NCBI GenBank assembly: GCA_963805975.1
Contig: CAWDVR010000006.1
Location: forward strand, 264,800-328,799
From: an uncultured Acidobacteriota bacterium
GTDB lineage: Bacteria > Acidobacteriota > Thermoanaerobaculia > Multivoradales > SZUA-115
Length of the DNA: 64,000 bases
Direction: 5' to 3'
Made by a program: the position numbers and the translations under genes. Below are positions 41,640 through 51,208 of the stretch, one piece after another (positions within the stretch are counted from its first letter, which is position 1; each line of letters opens with the position of its first letter). The notes under the pieces were generated by a model that searched no databases, was not told the origin of the DNA, and worked only from the letters and a program-made list of their open reading frames with translations.

Positions 41640-42152
41640 ATGCGCCACTCGGCAGCCGCAGTCGCCCTCGCCATGCTTCTCAGTGCGTGCCTTCCCTCGC
41701 CGGCCCACGCGATCGCCCCGGAGGCGGCCTCTGTCGAGACCGCCGTGGCCACGGCGCTCGACGCCTTCCACGCCGCCGCGGCGCGGGCCGACGAGGAGGC
41801 GTACTTCGGGCTGCTGGCACCGAACGCGGTGTTCCTGGGAACGGACGCCACCGAGCGCTGGGACAAGGCGGCGTTCCGCGCCTTCGCCCACCCGTACTTC
41901 GCCGCGGGCAAGGCCTGGACTTTCGTCCCCCGCGATCGGCACGTCGACTTCTCGGCGGACGGCCGCGTGGCCTGGTTCGACGAGCTGCTGGACAGCGCGA
42001 GCTACGGCGAGTGCCGGGGGACCGGCGTCCTGGAACTGGGCGCGGAGGGCTGGAAGATCACGCAGTACCACCTCACCATCCCGATGCCGAACGACCTCGC
42101 CAAGGAGCTGGTGGCCCGCATCCGCGCGGCCTCGAAACCGGCACCACCGTAA
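41640..42152 (+). CDS. Secreted NTF2/SnoaL-like protein
   Basis: 'FLGTDATERW', 'AWFDELL', 'RGTGVL', 'QYHLTIP'. Confidence 0.88.
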   Translation: MRHSAAAVALAMLLSACLPSPAHAIAPEAASVETAVATALDAFHAAAARADEEAYFGLLAPNAVFLGTDATERWDKAAFRAFAHPYFAAGKAWTFVPRDRHVDFSADGRVAWFDELLDSASYGECRGTGVLELGAEGWKITQYHLTIPMPNDLAKELVARIRAASKPAPP

Positions 42153-42186
42153 GAAGGCCGCCGGGCTCGAGCTGCGGAGACATCTC

Positions 42187-42672
42187 ATGCACAATGCCTT
42201 CCTCATCCTGCGGGCTCTGGTGTTCGCCGCCGGTTTCATCTCGTTGTGGGTGTGGATCGCAGTCTCGATCCAGCCCCTGGACAACCGGCTGGACTGGAGT
42301 ATCGCGCCCTGGCTACGGCCCGCCGGCATCCCCATCGCCGTCATCGGGGCGCTGCTCGCCGCCTGGTGCGGTGCGACTTTCGTCACCAAGGGCCGCGGCA
42401 CGCCGGCGCCCTTCGACCCTCCGCGTGAGTTCGTCGCCAGCGGCCCGTACCGGTTCGTTCGCAACCCGATGTACATCGGTGGTGCCTCGGTGATCCTGGG
42501 AGCCGGTCTCGCCCTGGCCTCGCCTTCGATCGTTCTCCTGGCCGGGCTCTTCCTGGTGCTGGCGCACCTCTTGGTGGTGCTCTACGAAGAGCGAACGCTG
42601 GCGAGGCGCTTCGGGCCGAGCTATGCCGAGTACAAGGCGGCGGTGCGGCGCTGGCTGCCGGGCTGGGCCTAG
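42187..42672 (+). CDS. Isoprenylcysteine carboxylmethyltransferase/PEMT-family protein
   Basis: 'GRGTPAP', 'GPYRFVRNPMY', 'EERTL..RFG..Y..Y...V.RW'. Confidence 0.9.
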   Translation: MHNAFLILRALVFAAGFISLWVWIAVSIQPLDNRLDWSIAPWLRPAGIPIAVIGALLAAWCGATFVTKGRGTPAPFDPPREFVASGPYRFVRNPMYIGGASVILGAGLALASPSIVLLAGLFLVLAHLLVVLYEERTLARRFGPSYAEYKAAVRRWLPGWA

Positions 42673-42766
42673 GGTTTCCCGACGCGCGAGTCGCGCTGGT
42701 TGACCCGCCGCTGGCGGCTGCCGGTTTCCGTCGAGACGGCGGACCAGCCCGGAGGCCTTCGAGGCT

Positions 42767-44509
42767 TCACGCCGGTAGTCGGAACGCGGCCATCTCCTCG
42801 CCATTGCGCACCAGAAGAATGTCGCCGACCAGCGCCGGCTGGCTCCAGGTCTTGCCCGCGAGCACCGCGATCCGCGCGAGCTCGGCGAAGCGCTCGGGGC
42901 TGGCTTCGACGAGCGCCAGCTCGCCCTGCTCGGTCAGCACCAGCAACAGATCCTGATCGGGCAACAGCATGAGCTGACCTTCGCCGTAGCGTCCGCCCTT
43001 CCACACGCGCTCGCCGGTCTCGAGGTCGACGCAGGCGAGGATGCTGCCGTCGAAACCGTAGGCCCGATCTTTGTGCACGACGACGTCGCTGAACGAGGTC
43101 TTGAGCCCTCTCGACGTCCAGCGTTCCTCGACGCTCCACCCCCCGGCACCGTTCGCCACCGTGATGCGGCGCGTGCCGATCGGAGAGGCGCCGCTGTCGA
43201 CCAGGCTGATCAGCAGATCGCCGTCCGCGATCCGGGCCGGCTGGACGATGCCGATGCCCGGCCATGGGTGCTCCCAGAGCAGGCTGCCGTCGGTCGGCGA
43301 GACGCTGATCGTGGCGGCATGGCCGAGCAGCAGGATCTGCGGGACTCCCGCGATCGTCAGCAGATGCGGCGAGCTGTAGCTCCCCCGCTTGGCCGGGCCA
43401 TGCCAGCGCGGCTCACCGGTGGCGAGGTCGTAGGCGACGAGCAAGCCCGCCTGGACGATCAGCAGGTCGCCGACCACCAGCGGCGAGCTCACGAAGCCCC
43501 ACATCGGGAGCTTCGCGCCGCCATCGGCCGCCGCGTCGCGGGACCAGACGACGGCGCCGGTGTCGGCGTCCAAGGCGTTCAGGATCCCCGTCGCCCCCAG
43601 GGTGTAGACGCGGCCGCCGGCTATGGCCGGCGTCGCGCGCGGGCCGGCGCCGACGTGCGCGTCCCAGAACCGGGCCGCGTCGTGATGCTGCCACACCGGC
43701 TCGCCGGTCTCGAGGTGGTAGGCGGTTACGAGCTCGTCATCACCGCGCTGCTCCTGGGTGTAGAGGAGCTTGCCTTGCGCGGCGAACGACGAGACGCCCG
43801 GCCCGATCGGCCGCCGCCAGAGCTCGACGGGCGGCGAGCCAGACCAGTCGGTCGCGATCCGGAGGCCCCTGACGATGCCGTCGCGATCCGGTCCCCGCAG
43901 ACCGGGCCACTCGGCTCCGCTCTCCGGGCCGACCTCCGCGGCGAGGGCAGGCGACCGCCGGGGTACCCCGAGCTCACCGTCGGCTTCGGCGAGCAGGCGC
44001 TCTTCGGGAGTCTCTGTCCACCGCCAGGTGAATTCCGCCATGCCGTTGCCGGTGACGCCGTTGCTCCTGAGGAGCGTCCACGCTCCGCAGGCGAAGAGGA
44101 TGGCTGCGGCCATCGTCGCGCGGCGCCGCCCCTTCGACAGGCGCCGGCTGGCCACCGCTCCGGCCACGAAGGCGAGGCTCAGGATGGGGACCCCGTGGAG
44201 GATGTACTGGTACCCCATGTTTCCCCGCGCCACCGACACGTGGAGGAAGGGGGTCGTCGCGACCATGCCGGCGATCGCCAGGGCGAGGGCGCCGAGGCGC
44301 TCCGACCACGGAGCGCGGCTCAAGAGCAGCCACCAGAGGAGAATCAGGAGCGCTCCCGCGAAGGCGCCCAGGACGCCGGACATCAGGGCCCCGGGGGCGA
44401 AGGCCGGCACCACGTACCGTACCGCGACCAGCAACAACGCGAGCATCACGCCGGGCCACAGCCGGAGCTGAGGCTCCGGAGTTGTCCTGGCGGTTTCCAG
44501 ACGGGTCAT
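42767..44509 (-). CDS. Membrane-anchored PQQ-binding-like beta-propeller protein
   Basis: N-terminal TM block, 'WPGLRGPDRDG', propeller blades. Confidence 0.88.
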   Translation of the reverse strand: MTRLETARTTPEPQLRLWPGVMLALLLVAVRYVVPAFAPGALMSGVLGAFAGALLILLWWLLLSRAPWSERLGALALAIAGMVATTPFLHVSVARGNMGYQYILHGVPILSLAFVAGAVASRRLSKGRRRATMAAAILFACGAWTLLRSNGVTGNGMAEFTWRWTETPEERLLAEADGELGVPRRSPALAAEVGPESGAEWPGLRGPDRDGIVRGLRIATDWSGSPPVELWRRPIGPGVSSFAAQGKLLYTQEQRGDDELVTAYHLETGEPVWQHHDAARFWDAHVGAGPRATPAIAGGRVYTLGATGILNALDADTGAVVWSRDAAADGGAKLPMWGFVSSPLVVGDLLIVQAGLLVAYDLATGEPRWHGPAKRGSYSSPHLLTIAGVPQILLLGHAATISVSPTDGSLLWEHPWPGIGIVQPARIADGDLLISLVDSGASPIGTRRITVANGAGGWSVEERWTSRGLKTSFSDVVVHKDRAYGFDGSILACVDLETGERVWKGGRYGEGQLMLLPDQDLLLVLTEQGELALVEASPERFAELARIAVLAGKTWSQPALVGDILLVRNGEEMAAFRLPA

Positions 44510-44565
44510 CGAGATCTCCTTCGAGTGGCGCCGCGAGGCGCATGAGTTCGGGCTGGCCGTGGCCC

Positions 44566-45504
44566 TCAGTTGGGCTCCCGAGTGCGACGGAGTCGCGCGG
44601 CCAAGGCGAGGCAGCCCGCGGCGAACACCAACCCGGTCCAAAGTCCCGGGCTGCCCAAGAATCGCCGCGGATCGAGCTGCGCCAACCGATCGATCAATCC
44701 CGCGTCGCCACTGCCCGGCGTGAGGACGAAGGCTTCCTTCATGGCGCCGCTCAGGCGGTAGCAGAGGAACGACGCGAAGTGCGAGCTGCCCAGGGCCAGC
44801 TTCTCGACGGCCCCGACAGCGACGGGAGGCAGGACGACCCACAGCACGGGCAGACGCCGCGCCCAAGCCGAGACCAGGAGCACCCAGGTGTAGATCGGCG
44901 CGAACCAGAGGGAGTGCACGGTCAGGCCATAGAGCATGACCAGGGGCCCCTCGACCAAGCTGAGCTCGGCCCAGAGCGGGGAGGGGCTCATGCCGCTCGC
45001 CGAGAGCATCAAGGTACCCGCGAGGACGAGCGCGGCGAAGGTGACCCAGGAGAGAGCGAGCGCGAGCGCCGGCAGCACCACGAGGGGGATGCTCGCCTTG
45101 GCGAGGACGGTCGTGAGGTCGGAAACCGGCAGCGACTTCCAGAACAAGACGCTGCGGTCGCGGCGCTCGCCGTAGAGGGCGTCGAGCGCGTAGAAGAGGC
45201 CGACGAGGAAGGCGACCAACATGACCGGCGCCGGTGCGAGGCTGAAGGGCTGGACCACCAGGAGGTGCCGCTCGGCCGCGTCGAGAGTCGGGTAACTCTT
45301 CATCGTCTCGGGCAGACGGGTCAGGTGGAGCAGGCTGCCGAGAAGGACGAGCGCGGCTACCACGAGGAGGGCCCTCCAGATGGTGCGGCTCTCCCAGAGC
45401 TCGCGCCGCACCGACCAGTAGAACGGTCGCGTGGGTCTCGCTGCGCCTGCCGCGGCTCCGGAGCCAGTTGCCGGCACCGGCGGAATGGTCTCTTCGGGGT
45501 TCAT
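44566..45504 (-). CDS. ABC transporter permease
   Basis: 'RRELWE', 'LYGERRDRSVLFWKSLPVSD', multiple TMs. Confidence 0.88.
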   Translation of the reverse strand: MNPEETIPPVPATGSGAAAGAARPTRPFYWSVRRELWESRTIWRALLVVAALVLLGSLLHLTRLPETMKSYPTLDAAERHLLVVQPFSLAPAPVMLVAFLVGLFYALDALYGERRDRSVLFWKSLPVSDLTTVLAKASIPLVVLPALALALSWVTFAALVLAGTLMLSASGMSPSPLWAELSLVEGPLVMLYGLTVHSLWFAPIYTWVLLVSAWARRLPVLWVVLPPVAVGAVEKLALGSSHFASFLCYRLSGAMKEAFVLTPGSGDAGLIDRLAQLDPRRFLGSPGLWTGLVFAAGCLALAARLRRTREPN

Positions 45505-46364
45505 GGGCTGGCCTCTTTGCGCTCACCCAGGAGCGCCACGAAGAGGTCTTCGACGCTGGGCGCGCGGAGCTCTCCCAGCATGGCGAGCCGCTCGCGGTCG
45601 GCGCCGTCGTAGAGCAGCAGGCTCTGCCCCAGCCGCCGGCGCTCGTGGATCGGCGAGAGCGCCCGCGCCTCATCGACCTTCTCGGGGCGCGCCAGCAACT
45701 CGACGTAGCGCGACTCGAAGCTCTCCATGGCGCATTGGAGAACGATGCGGCCGTGGTCGAGGAAGGCAAAGTCGGTGAGCAGATCCTGGATCTCGTCCAC
45801 CTGGTGGGTGGTCACCACGATGGTGCGGCTGCCGTCGAAGTAGTCGTGGAGCAGCGCGTCGAAGAACCGCTTGCGGTAGAGGATGTCGAGGCCGAGCGTC
45901 GGCTCGTCCAGCACCAGCAGCCTGGCGTCGATCGCCATTGCGAGCGCCAGGTGGAGCTGGGTCACCATCCCCTTCGACAGCTCGCGAACGCGGCTCGTGG
46001 AGCGGATCTCGGTCTTGGCGAGGAAACGCTCCGCGACCCCGCGATCGAATCGGGGATGCACGCCGCCCACGAAGTCGAGGAGCCGGGAGACCCGGATCCA
46101 GCGCGGCAACACGGCGACGTCGGCGATGAAGGCGACGTCGCTCACCAGCCGGTCGCGCTCGGTGCGGGGATCGAGCCCGAGCACCGAGAGCTCACCCTGA
46201 CAGGGAACGAGGCCGAGGATGGCCTGGAGCACCGTCGTCTTGCCGGCGCCGTTCGGGCCGATGAGCCCGAAGATCCGGCCTTCCTCCACCCGGAGATCGA
46301 CGCCGCACAGCGCGACTTTCGTTCCGTACGATTTGCTGAGCCCGCGGGCTTCGATACAGGGCAT
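45501..46364 (-). CDS. ABC transporter ATP-binding protein
   Basis: GPNGAGKTT, LSKGM, LDEPTLGLD. Confidence 0.95.
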   Translation of the reverse strand: MPCIEARGLSKSYGTKVALCGVDLRVEEGRIFGLIGPNGAGKTTVLQAILGLVPCQGELSVLGLDPRTERDRLVSDVAFIADVAVLPRWIRVSRLLDFVGGVHPRFDRGVAERFLAKTEIRSTSRVRELSKGMVTQLHLALAMAIDARLLVLDEPTLGLDILYRKRFFDALLHDYFDGSRTIVVTTHQVDEIQDLLTDFAFLDHGRIVLQCAMESFESRYVELLARPEKVDEARALSPIHERRRLGQSLLLYDGADRERLAMLGELRAPSVEDLFVALLGERKEASP

Positions 46365-46368
46365 GGCT

Positions 46369-46758
46369 TCAGGGCTCCTCACCGTTCGCCGTCGAGGCAG
46401 GTTCCGGCGCGGCGGGCTCGAGCAACTCCTCGGTCGAGAGCCCGAGCCGCCGGATGGTGGCCTGGATGCGCGGCCATAGCTCGGTGAGAAAGACTCGCCG
46501 CTCTGCCGCGAGCAGCAGCGCACGCGCCCCGAGGCTGACGTACATCCCCAGGCCTCGGCGCTTCTCGACCAGCTGCTCCTCGGCGAGCCGTTGATAGGCC
46601 TTCAACACGGTGAGCGGGTTGACCCGATAGTCGGCCGCGACCTGCCGAACCGAGGGCAGGGGATCGCCCTCGGTGATCGCCCCCTCGAGAATCCTCGCCA
46701 CCACGAGGTCGCGGATCTGCCGGTAGATCGGCTGGCCGTCGTTCCATTCGCGCTCCAT
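46369..46758 (-). CDS. GntR (YtrA subfamily) regulator
   Basis: 'PIYRQI', 'PSVRQVAADYRVNPLTVLKAY', 'RRGLGM'. Confidence 0.93.
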   Translation of the reverse strand: MEREWNDGQPIYRQIRDLVVARILEGAITEGDPLPSVRQVAADYRVNPLTVLKAYQRLAEEQLVEKRRGLGMYVSLGARALLLAAERRVFLTELWPRIQATIRRLGLSTEELLEPAAPEPASTANGEEP

Positions 46759-46872
46759 CGATGTGAGATCGCTCTACGTTTTCGGAGTCAACCAGCGGCG
46801 GTCGCGCGCCGCGCGAACCTCCATCGGCCCGTCCCGCTCCTCGTGTGGCTCGACAGGCCCCGTGCGTCGCAC

Positions 46873-46892
46873 TGTTGTAGTTGACTACAACA
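46873..46892. promoter_or_regulatory. Palindromic operator, probable YtrA/GntR site
   Basis: TGTTGTAGT-TG-ACTACAACA; a minus-strand TTGACA lies at 46903-46908. Confidence 0.65.
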
Positions 46893-47022
46893 CTGATGCA
46901 GATGTCAAGCAGCACGACAGGCTCAGGTGGCACTGCCCGGCGTAATCTCGTCGCCGCTCCGTGCGTAAGCTACATAAGCCGCGACGCGGTACTGAGGTTG
47001 TGTCTTCTGGGGAGAGTCGATC

Positions 47023-48396
47023 ATGACGAGAGCCACGATCGCGCGCGGGGCGTTCGCCACCATGGTCGTCCTCCTCGCCGTCGCCGCCGGCTACCGGGCG
47101 CTCGACCAGGACGTCCACCCCGCCGCGGCGACATCGCCCGCGATCCCGCCCTCCACTACGCCGGCGGCGGAGACCCTCCCGGCGGCGGAGACCCACCAGG
47201 GGTTCCTCTACGGCCGGATCACCACCGTCGACGGCGCCACCTACGAGGGGCGGCTGCGCTGGGGGGGCGACGAGGAGGCGTTCTGGGGCGACTACTTCAA
47301 CGGCTCCAAGCACGAGAACCCCTGGCTCGCCCACGTGCCGCCCGAGCGGCTGCCCAAGGAGCGCCGCCCGATCGAGATCTTCGGGATCAAGATCGCCGAC
47401 CGGGAGCGCCAGATCGACCTCGGCCGGCTTTTCATGGCGCGCTTCGGCGACATCGCGCGCATCGAGGCGCACGGCAAAGAGGTGCGGGTGACGCTCAAGA
47501 GCGGGACCGTGTTCGACCTCGACCGCTTCGAGGCCAGCGACTTCGACGACGACGTGCGGGTGTGGGACGGCAGGCGGGGCGTCGTCGACCTCGACAGTCT
47601 GCGGATCCGCACGATCGAGCTCCTCCCCACGCCCGCGCTGGGCGCCGCCCCCTCCCGGCTGCACGGTACCGTGCGCACGCGGCAGGGCGACTTCACCGGC
47701 TTCGTCGCAGTGGGACCGGGAGGAGTGCGTCGGCACCGACGAGCTCGACGGCCGCACCGCCGAGGGCGAGCTCAGCCTGCGCTTCGACACCATCCGCTCC
47801 ATCGCGCGCCGCTCGCGCGACAGCTCCTGGTGACGCTGCTCGACGGCCGCGAGATCGTGCTCTCCGACACCGGCGAGGTCGGCCACGGCAACCGCGGGAT
47901 CTACGTCGACGACCGGCGCTACGGCCGGGTGCTGATCTCCTGGGACGCCTTCGAGCGCGTCGACTTCAGCCCCGGCGGCAGCGGCCCCGCCTACGGCGAC
48001 TTCCCGCCGGGGCGCCCGCTCACGGGCAGCGTCACCACCCGCGACGGCCGCCGCCTCGCCGGCCGGCTGGTCTACGACCTCGACGAGAGCGAGACCACCG
48101 AGACGCTCGACGCCCCATCCCAGGGCGTGGACTACACCATCCCCTTCGGCCTGATCGCCTCGATCGTGCCCCCCGGCCGCGAAGAGCGCGGCGCCCAGCG
48201 CGCCAGGGTGACCCTCCATGACGGCGAGGAGCTGCAGCTCGAGCGCGCCGGCGACCTCGGCGAGGGGAATGCCGGCATGCTGATCTTCGTCGACGACGGT
48301 CAGCGCCCCGAGTACGTGCCCTGGACCGACGTCGAGCAGGTCGACTTCGACCGCCCGCCGGCGATGTATCCACCGTTCAGAATGGAAAGAGGATGA
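47023..48396 (+). CDS. Secreted hypothetical protein with three internal repeats; two compensating indels (near 47707 and 47826)
   Basis: Repeated G.(I/V).T..G....G.L.(W/Y)D..E units. The middle unit reads FVQWDREECVGTDELDG only in the shifted frame. Confidence 0.75.
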   Translation: MTRATIARGAFATMVVLLAVAAGYRALDQDVHPAAATSPAIPPSTTPAAETLPAAETHQGFLYGRITTVDGATYEGRLRWGGDEEAFWGDYFNGSKHENPWLAHVPPERLPKERRPIEIFGIKIADRERQIDLGRLFMARFGDIARIEAHGKEVRVTLKSGTVFDLDRFEASDFDDDVRVWDGRRGVVDLDSLRIRTIELLPTPALGAAPSRLHGTVRTRQGDFTGFVAVGPGGVRRHRRARRPHRRGRAQPALRHHPLHRAPLARQLLVTLLDGREIVLSDTGEVGHGNRGIYVDDRRYGRVLISWDAFERVDFSPGGSGPAYGDFPPGRPLTGSVTTRDGRRLAGRLVYDLDESETTETLDAPSQGVDYTIPFGLIASIVPPGREERGAQRARVTLHDGEELQLERAGDLGEGNAGMLIFVDDGQRPEYVPWTDVEQVDFDRPPAMYPPFRMERG

Positions 48397-48664
48397 CACC
48401 GAGGCGAGCGTCCGGCTCCTCACCGAGGCGGCGGGACTCTTCCGGAGCGCCGGCGAGCCACGGCGCGAGGCCCTGGCCTGGGTGCGGCTTGCCGTCGTGC
48501 TCGAACACGCGGACCTTGGGGCCGAAGCCGAGCAGGCGTGGGCGCGAGTGAAGGAGATCGGCCGGCAGGAACGCTTCGAGATCAACGCGCGCCCCAACGA
48601 CACTCTCCTGCGCGATCTCCTGGCGCACCTCAGCGAGGAAGAGCTGGGAGGCGAGCCGTCGTGA
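48389..48664 (+). pseudogene. Start-less helical/TPR-like C-terminal gene fragment
   Basis: Frame EDDTEASVRLLTEAAGLFRSAGEPRREALAWVRLA... has no in-frame ATG at its 5' end. Confidence 0.4.
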
Positions 48665-48758
48665 GGAAGGGCTCATGAGAGGCGGGACAGCCTGGGGACG
48701 GCCTTCGGCCTGCGCCGACAGGTAGCATTCGGAAACCCAAGCCAGTCCCGGAGGCACG

Positions 48759-49349
48759 ATGGCGCTCACCGAAGGCCAGGCGATCACGATGCTGCGTACT
48801 CGACCGGTGGAGTTCCTCAGCAAGCACTCTGTGATGCCGGGTGCTCTCACTGGGGTTGGAGCCCGCGAGTTCCGCATGATTGACACCGGAAGGACGATCG
48901 ACCGCCCCTCAACCATCTTTGGCGGATTCAGAAGTAAGCAGGGGCAGCACTTCAAGGTGAACCCTTTCGGCCAGGAAGGAGGCACGCCCTTTCAGGCCTG
49001 GCAAATCCCGCTCCAGCGCGGCAACGTGCCGATGACTCTGGCAACCCTGCCCAATATTCGGGGAGCGATCATGATCACCAGCCAGATGACCCACTGTTCC
49101 TTCGTGATCGAGCGCACCGGGGGCACCTGTCGCGTCGCGCACGTCCAGCCGACTGGCGGCGAGAACGGCGTCGATCTCCAGCGGCGCCTGACCCAGCGGG
49201 GACGAACCGTCTACGGGCTGGCGAGCTACCAGAACAATGGTATGTATGCGACGCTGGTTGGTGTATGCAATGGGTGGGGACGCTGGGAGTTCTTCCGACA
49301 GAATCTCCAAGGCCGCAACGTGACCAGCGCTGGACAGCTCGCCACCTAA
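48759..49349 (+). CDS. Putative CNF1/BLF1-like Cys-His deamidase-fold protein
   Basis: 'IMITSQMTHCSFVI...RVAHVQP' and 'TLVGV...WEFFRQ'; RBS GGAGG. Confidence 0.6.
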   Translation: MALTEGQAITMLRTRPVEFLSKHSVMPGALTGVGAREFRMIDTGRTIDRPSTIFGGFRSKQGQHFKVNPFGQEGGTPFQAWQIPLQRGNVPMTLATLPNIRGAIMITSQMTHCSFVIERTGGTCRVAHVQPTGGENGVDLQRRLTQRGRTVYGLASYQNNGMYATLVGVCNGWGRWEFFRQNLQGRNVTSAGQLAT

Positions 49350-49608
49350 GCGACCGCCCGTCTGCTCGAGCCGCGTTCCAGCCGCGACGTAGCCCTCCCG
49401 AGCTCGGGTCAAGACAGCCCTTCGGCGTGGAGTGACTACAACCCTCCCCAGGAGATGGCGGGCGTCCCTCCAGAAGGCCGCTGATCAAGGGCCGCTCTCT
49501 CAAGGTGAGCGAGTCTCGGGCACCGATAGATTTTCGGGCCAATCAGCGTCCCACCTATCGCCGCGCGGCGGCACGCTTCGGGACTCCCTTCTGGGAGCGA
49601 CGTTGCGG

Positions 49609-50550
49609 CTAGCTGTTGGTGCTCAAGAGGTTATTCACTCTGGAGAGGGGTGGTAATCCGCCCAAGGCGGAATGGGGTCGATGTTGATTGTAGAAGTGGA
49701 GCCATCTGGGCAGCATCTGGGTTCGGTCCAAGGAGCTCGGGTAGGGGCGGCCGTAGGCCCATTCTCGCAAGGCGGTTTGGATGAAGCGTTCGGCCTTGCC
49801 GTTGGTTCGAGGTCGATAGGGCCGGGTGCGGCTGTGGCGTAGTCCTGCTTGTTGGCAGTTTCGGGCGAAGAGGTGAGAGCGGTAGGCCGAGCCGTTGTCG
49901 GTGAGCAGACGTCGGATCGGTACGCCGAGCTGGTCAAACCAGGCTACAGAGCGCTGTAGGAAAGAGGCTGTGGTTTCGGCCCGTTCATCGGGCAGGATCT
50001 CGACGTAGGCGAGTCGGCTGAAATCGTCGATGGCGACGTGGGCAAACTCCCAGCCCACTCCCCGAGCGCGCTTGTTGCGTTGGCCGGTGATGCGATGGCC
50101 GATTCCGCCGATCTTGCCGAGTTTCTTGATGTCGAGGTGCAGCAGGTCGCCAGGAGCCTCCCGCTCATAGCGCACCACAGGGACTGGGGGTTCCAGGTCG
50201 CGGAGCCGCGACAGGCCGTGCCGCCGAAGGATACGGCCTACGGTAGCTCGCGACAGACCCAGAGATCGGGCCAGGGCCAGAGCGCACAGACGGTGCTTCC
50301 GGCGTAGATCCAAGACCTTCTGCTCTTGCAAGGCCGGCAGACGATGAGGCGAGCGGCAGGGGCGCGAGGAGCGATCCAGGAGGCCGGCTTCGCCCTCGAG
50401 ACGGTAGCGCTGGAGCCACTTGGCTACCGTACGCACCGACAGGCCGAGGGCTTCTGCCGCCTGACGGCGGCTCCAGCCCTCGGCCTCCACCCGCTCAATC
50501 AGCAGGGCTCGACTTTCGGGGGTCGTTTTTGCTCTTCTATGGATGTTCAC
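49609..50550 (-). CDS. IS481-family DDE transposase
   Basis: GTG start 'VNIHRRAKTT', 'LHLDIKKLG', 'IDDFSR', 'TDNG', 'TNGKAERF'; stop codon supplied by the target CTAG. Confidence 0.95.
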   Translation of the reverse strand: MNIHRRAKTTPESRALLIERVEAEGWSRRQAAEALGLSVRTVAKWLQRYRLEGEAGLLDRSSRPCRSPHRLPALQEQKVLDLRRKHRLCALALARSLGLSRATVGRILRRHGLSRLRDLEPPVPVVRYEREAPGDLLHLDIKKLGKIGGIGHRITGQRNKRARGVGWEFAHVAIDDFSRLAYVEILPDERAETTASFLQRSVAWFDQLGVPIRRLLTDNGSAYRSHLFARNCQQAGLRHSRTRPYRPRTNGKAERFIQTALREWAYGRPYPSSLDRTQMLPRWLHFYNQHRPHSALGGLPPLSRVNNLLSTNS

Positions 50551-50635
50551 CCGGGGAGCCTCCGTGGGATGCCAGGTCTTCGACAAACCCAGCTTCCCAC
50601 AGCTGCCCGGGTGAACAACCTCCTGAGCACTCACA
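49614..50635 (-). mobile_element. IS481-family insertion sequence, complete
   Basis: TGT...ACA ends, about 25-bp imperfect terminal IRs (TGTTGGTGCTCAAGAGGTTATTCAC / TGTGAGTGCTCAGGAGGTTGTTCAC), flanks GCTAGC / GCTAGA. Confidence 0.93.
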
Positions 50636-50926
50636 GCTAGATCACCGACGCCTCTACCCGGCCACGTCTGTGGCATCCTGCCCGCCCCGAGCCGAGAACA
50701 CCGCGTTGCCGCCTGGGATCGGCGGGCGGAGCGATGGGATTCTCGCGGCTAGCGCTCCCACCCTCCACTCTCTCCCTCAGCCCCCGGAGTTCTACCCAGC
50801 TCGGCAGGCGAGGGGGCTCGCTTCCGTGTCTAGCCCTCTTGGGCGAGATGGAAGGCGACCTGCCCAGGCTGCGAGATCCCGTTGCCACGGAGATACGCGC
50901 CCACCGATTCTGCCGAGTTTCATCCC

Positions 50927-50948
50927 GGTGGTTACTTGGTGGTTACTT
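50927..50948. repeat. Tandem 11-bp direct repeat GGTGGTTACTT x2, probable integrase arm-type sites
   Basis: Exact repeat about 70 bp from the att core. Confidence 0.6.
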
Positions 50949-51015
50949 TCGGAATGCGCCGATTCTGAGGCGTAGCGAGCGGCGCCCATAAACTTCCTAG
51001 AATGTGTTGTTTACG

Positions 51016-51062
51016 TGGAGCCGACGGTCGGATTTGAACCGACGACCTGCTGATTACGAATC
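51016..51062 (-). tRNA. tRNA-Thr(CGT) 3' fragment (att site), not an intact tRNA
   Basis: GATTCGTAATCAGCAGGTCGTCGGTTCAAATCCGACCGTCGGCTCCA has the anticodon loop, T-arm and CCA. The D-arm and 5' acceptor strand are absent. Confidence 0.88.
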
Positions 51063-51115
51063 GGTGCCGGCGGTTCACACCAAGCTTCTTGAATTCCGAT
51101 AAAACTAGACGAGTC

Positions 51116-51143
51116 TTGACTTTGAAGCGAGCCCAGGTATGCT
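51116..51143 (+). promoter_or_regulatory. Putative integrase promoter TTGACT-N16-TATGCT
   Basis: Read directly, about 180 nt upstream of the ATG. Confidence 0.5.
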
Positions 51144-51208
51144 CTTTTCCCATGAAATTGTCCCTGCTTCGAGGCTGGCCGCATGCCAGGCGCATGCTGG
51201 CTACGAAC

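Noticed and set aside
38937-42152. GDH-SnoaL fusion
   Set aside because: Artefact of frameshifts at the GDH 3' end. The SnoaL gene has its own RBS, ATG (41640) and signal peptide.
50637-50991. Small ORFs between IS481 and the att site
   Set aside because: No convincing RBS, codon bias or recognisable motif.
51016-51095. Intact tRNA-Thr gene
   Set aside because: The 5' half (acceptor strand, D-arm) is missing, so it is an att fragment.
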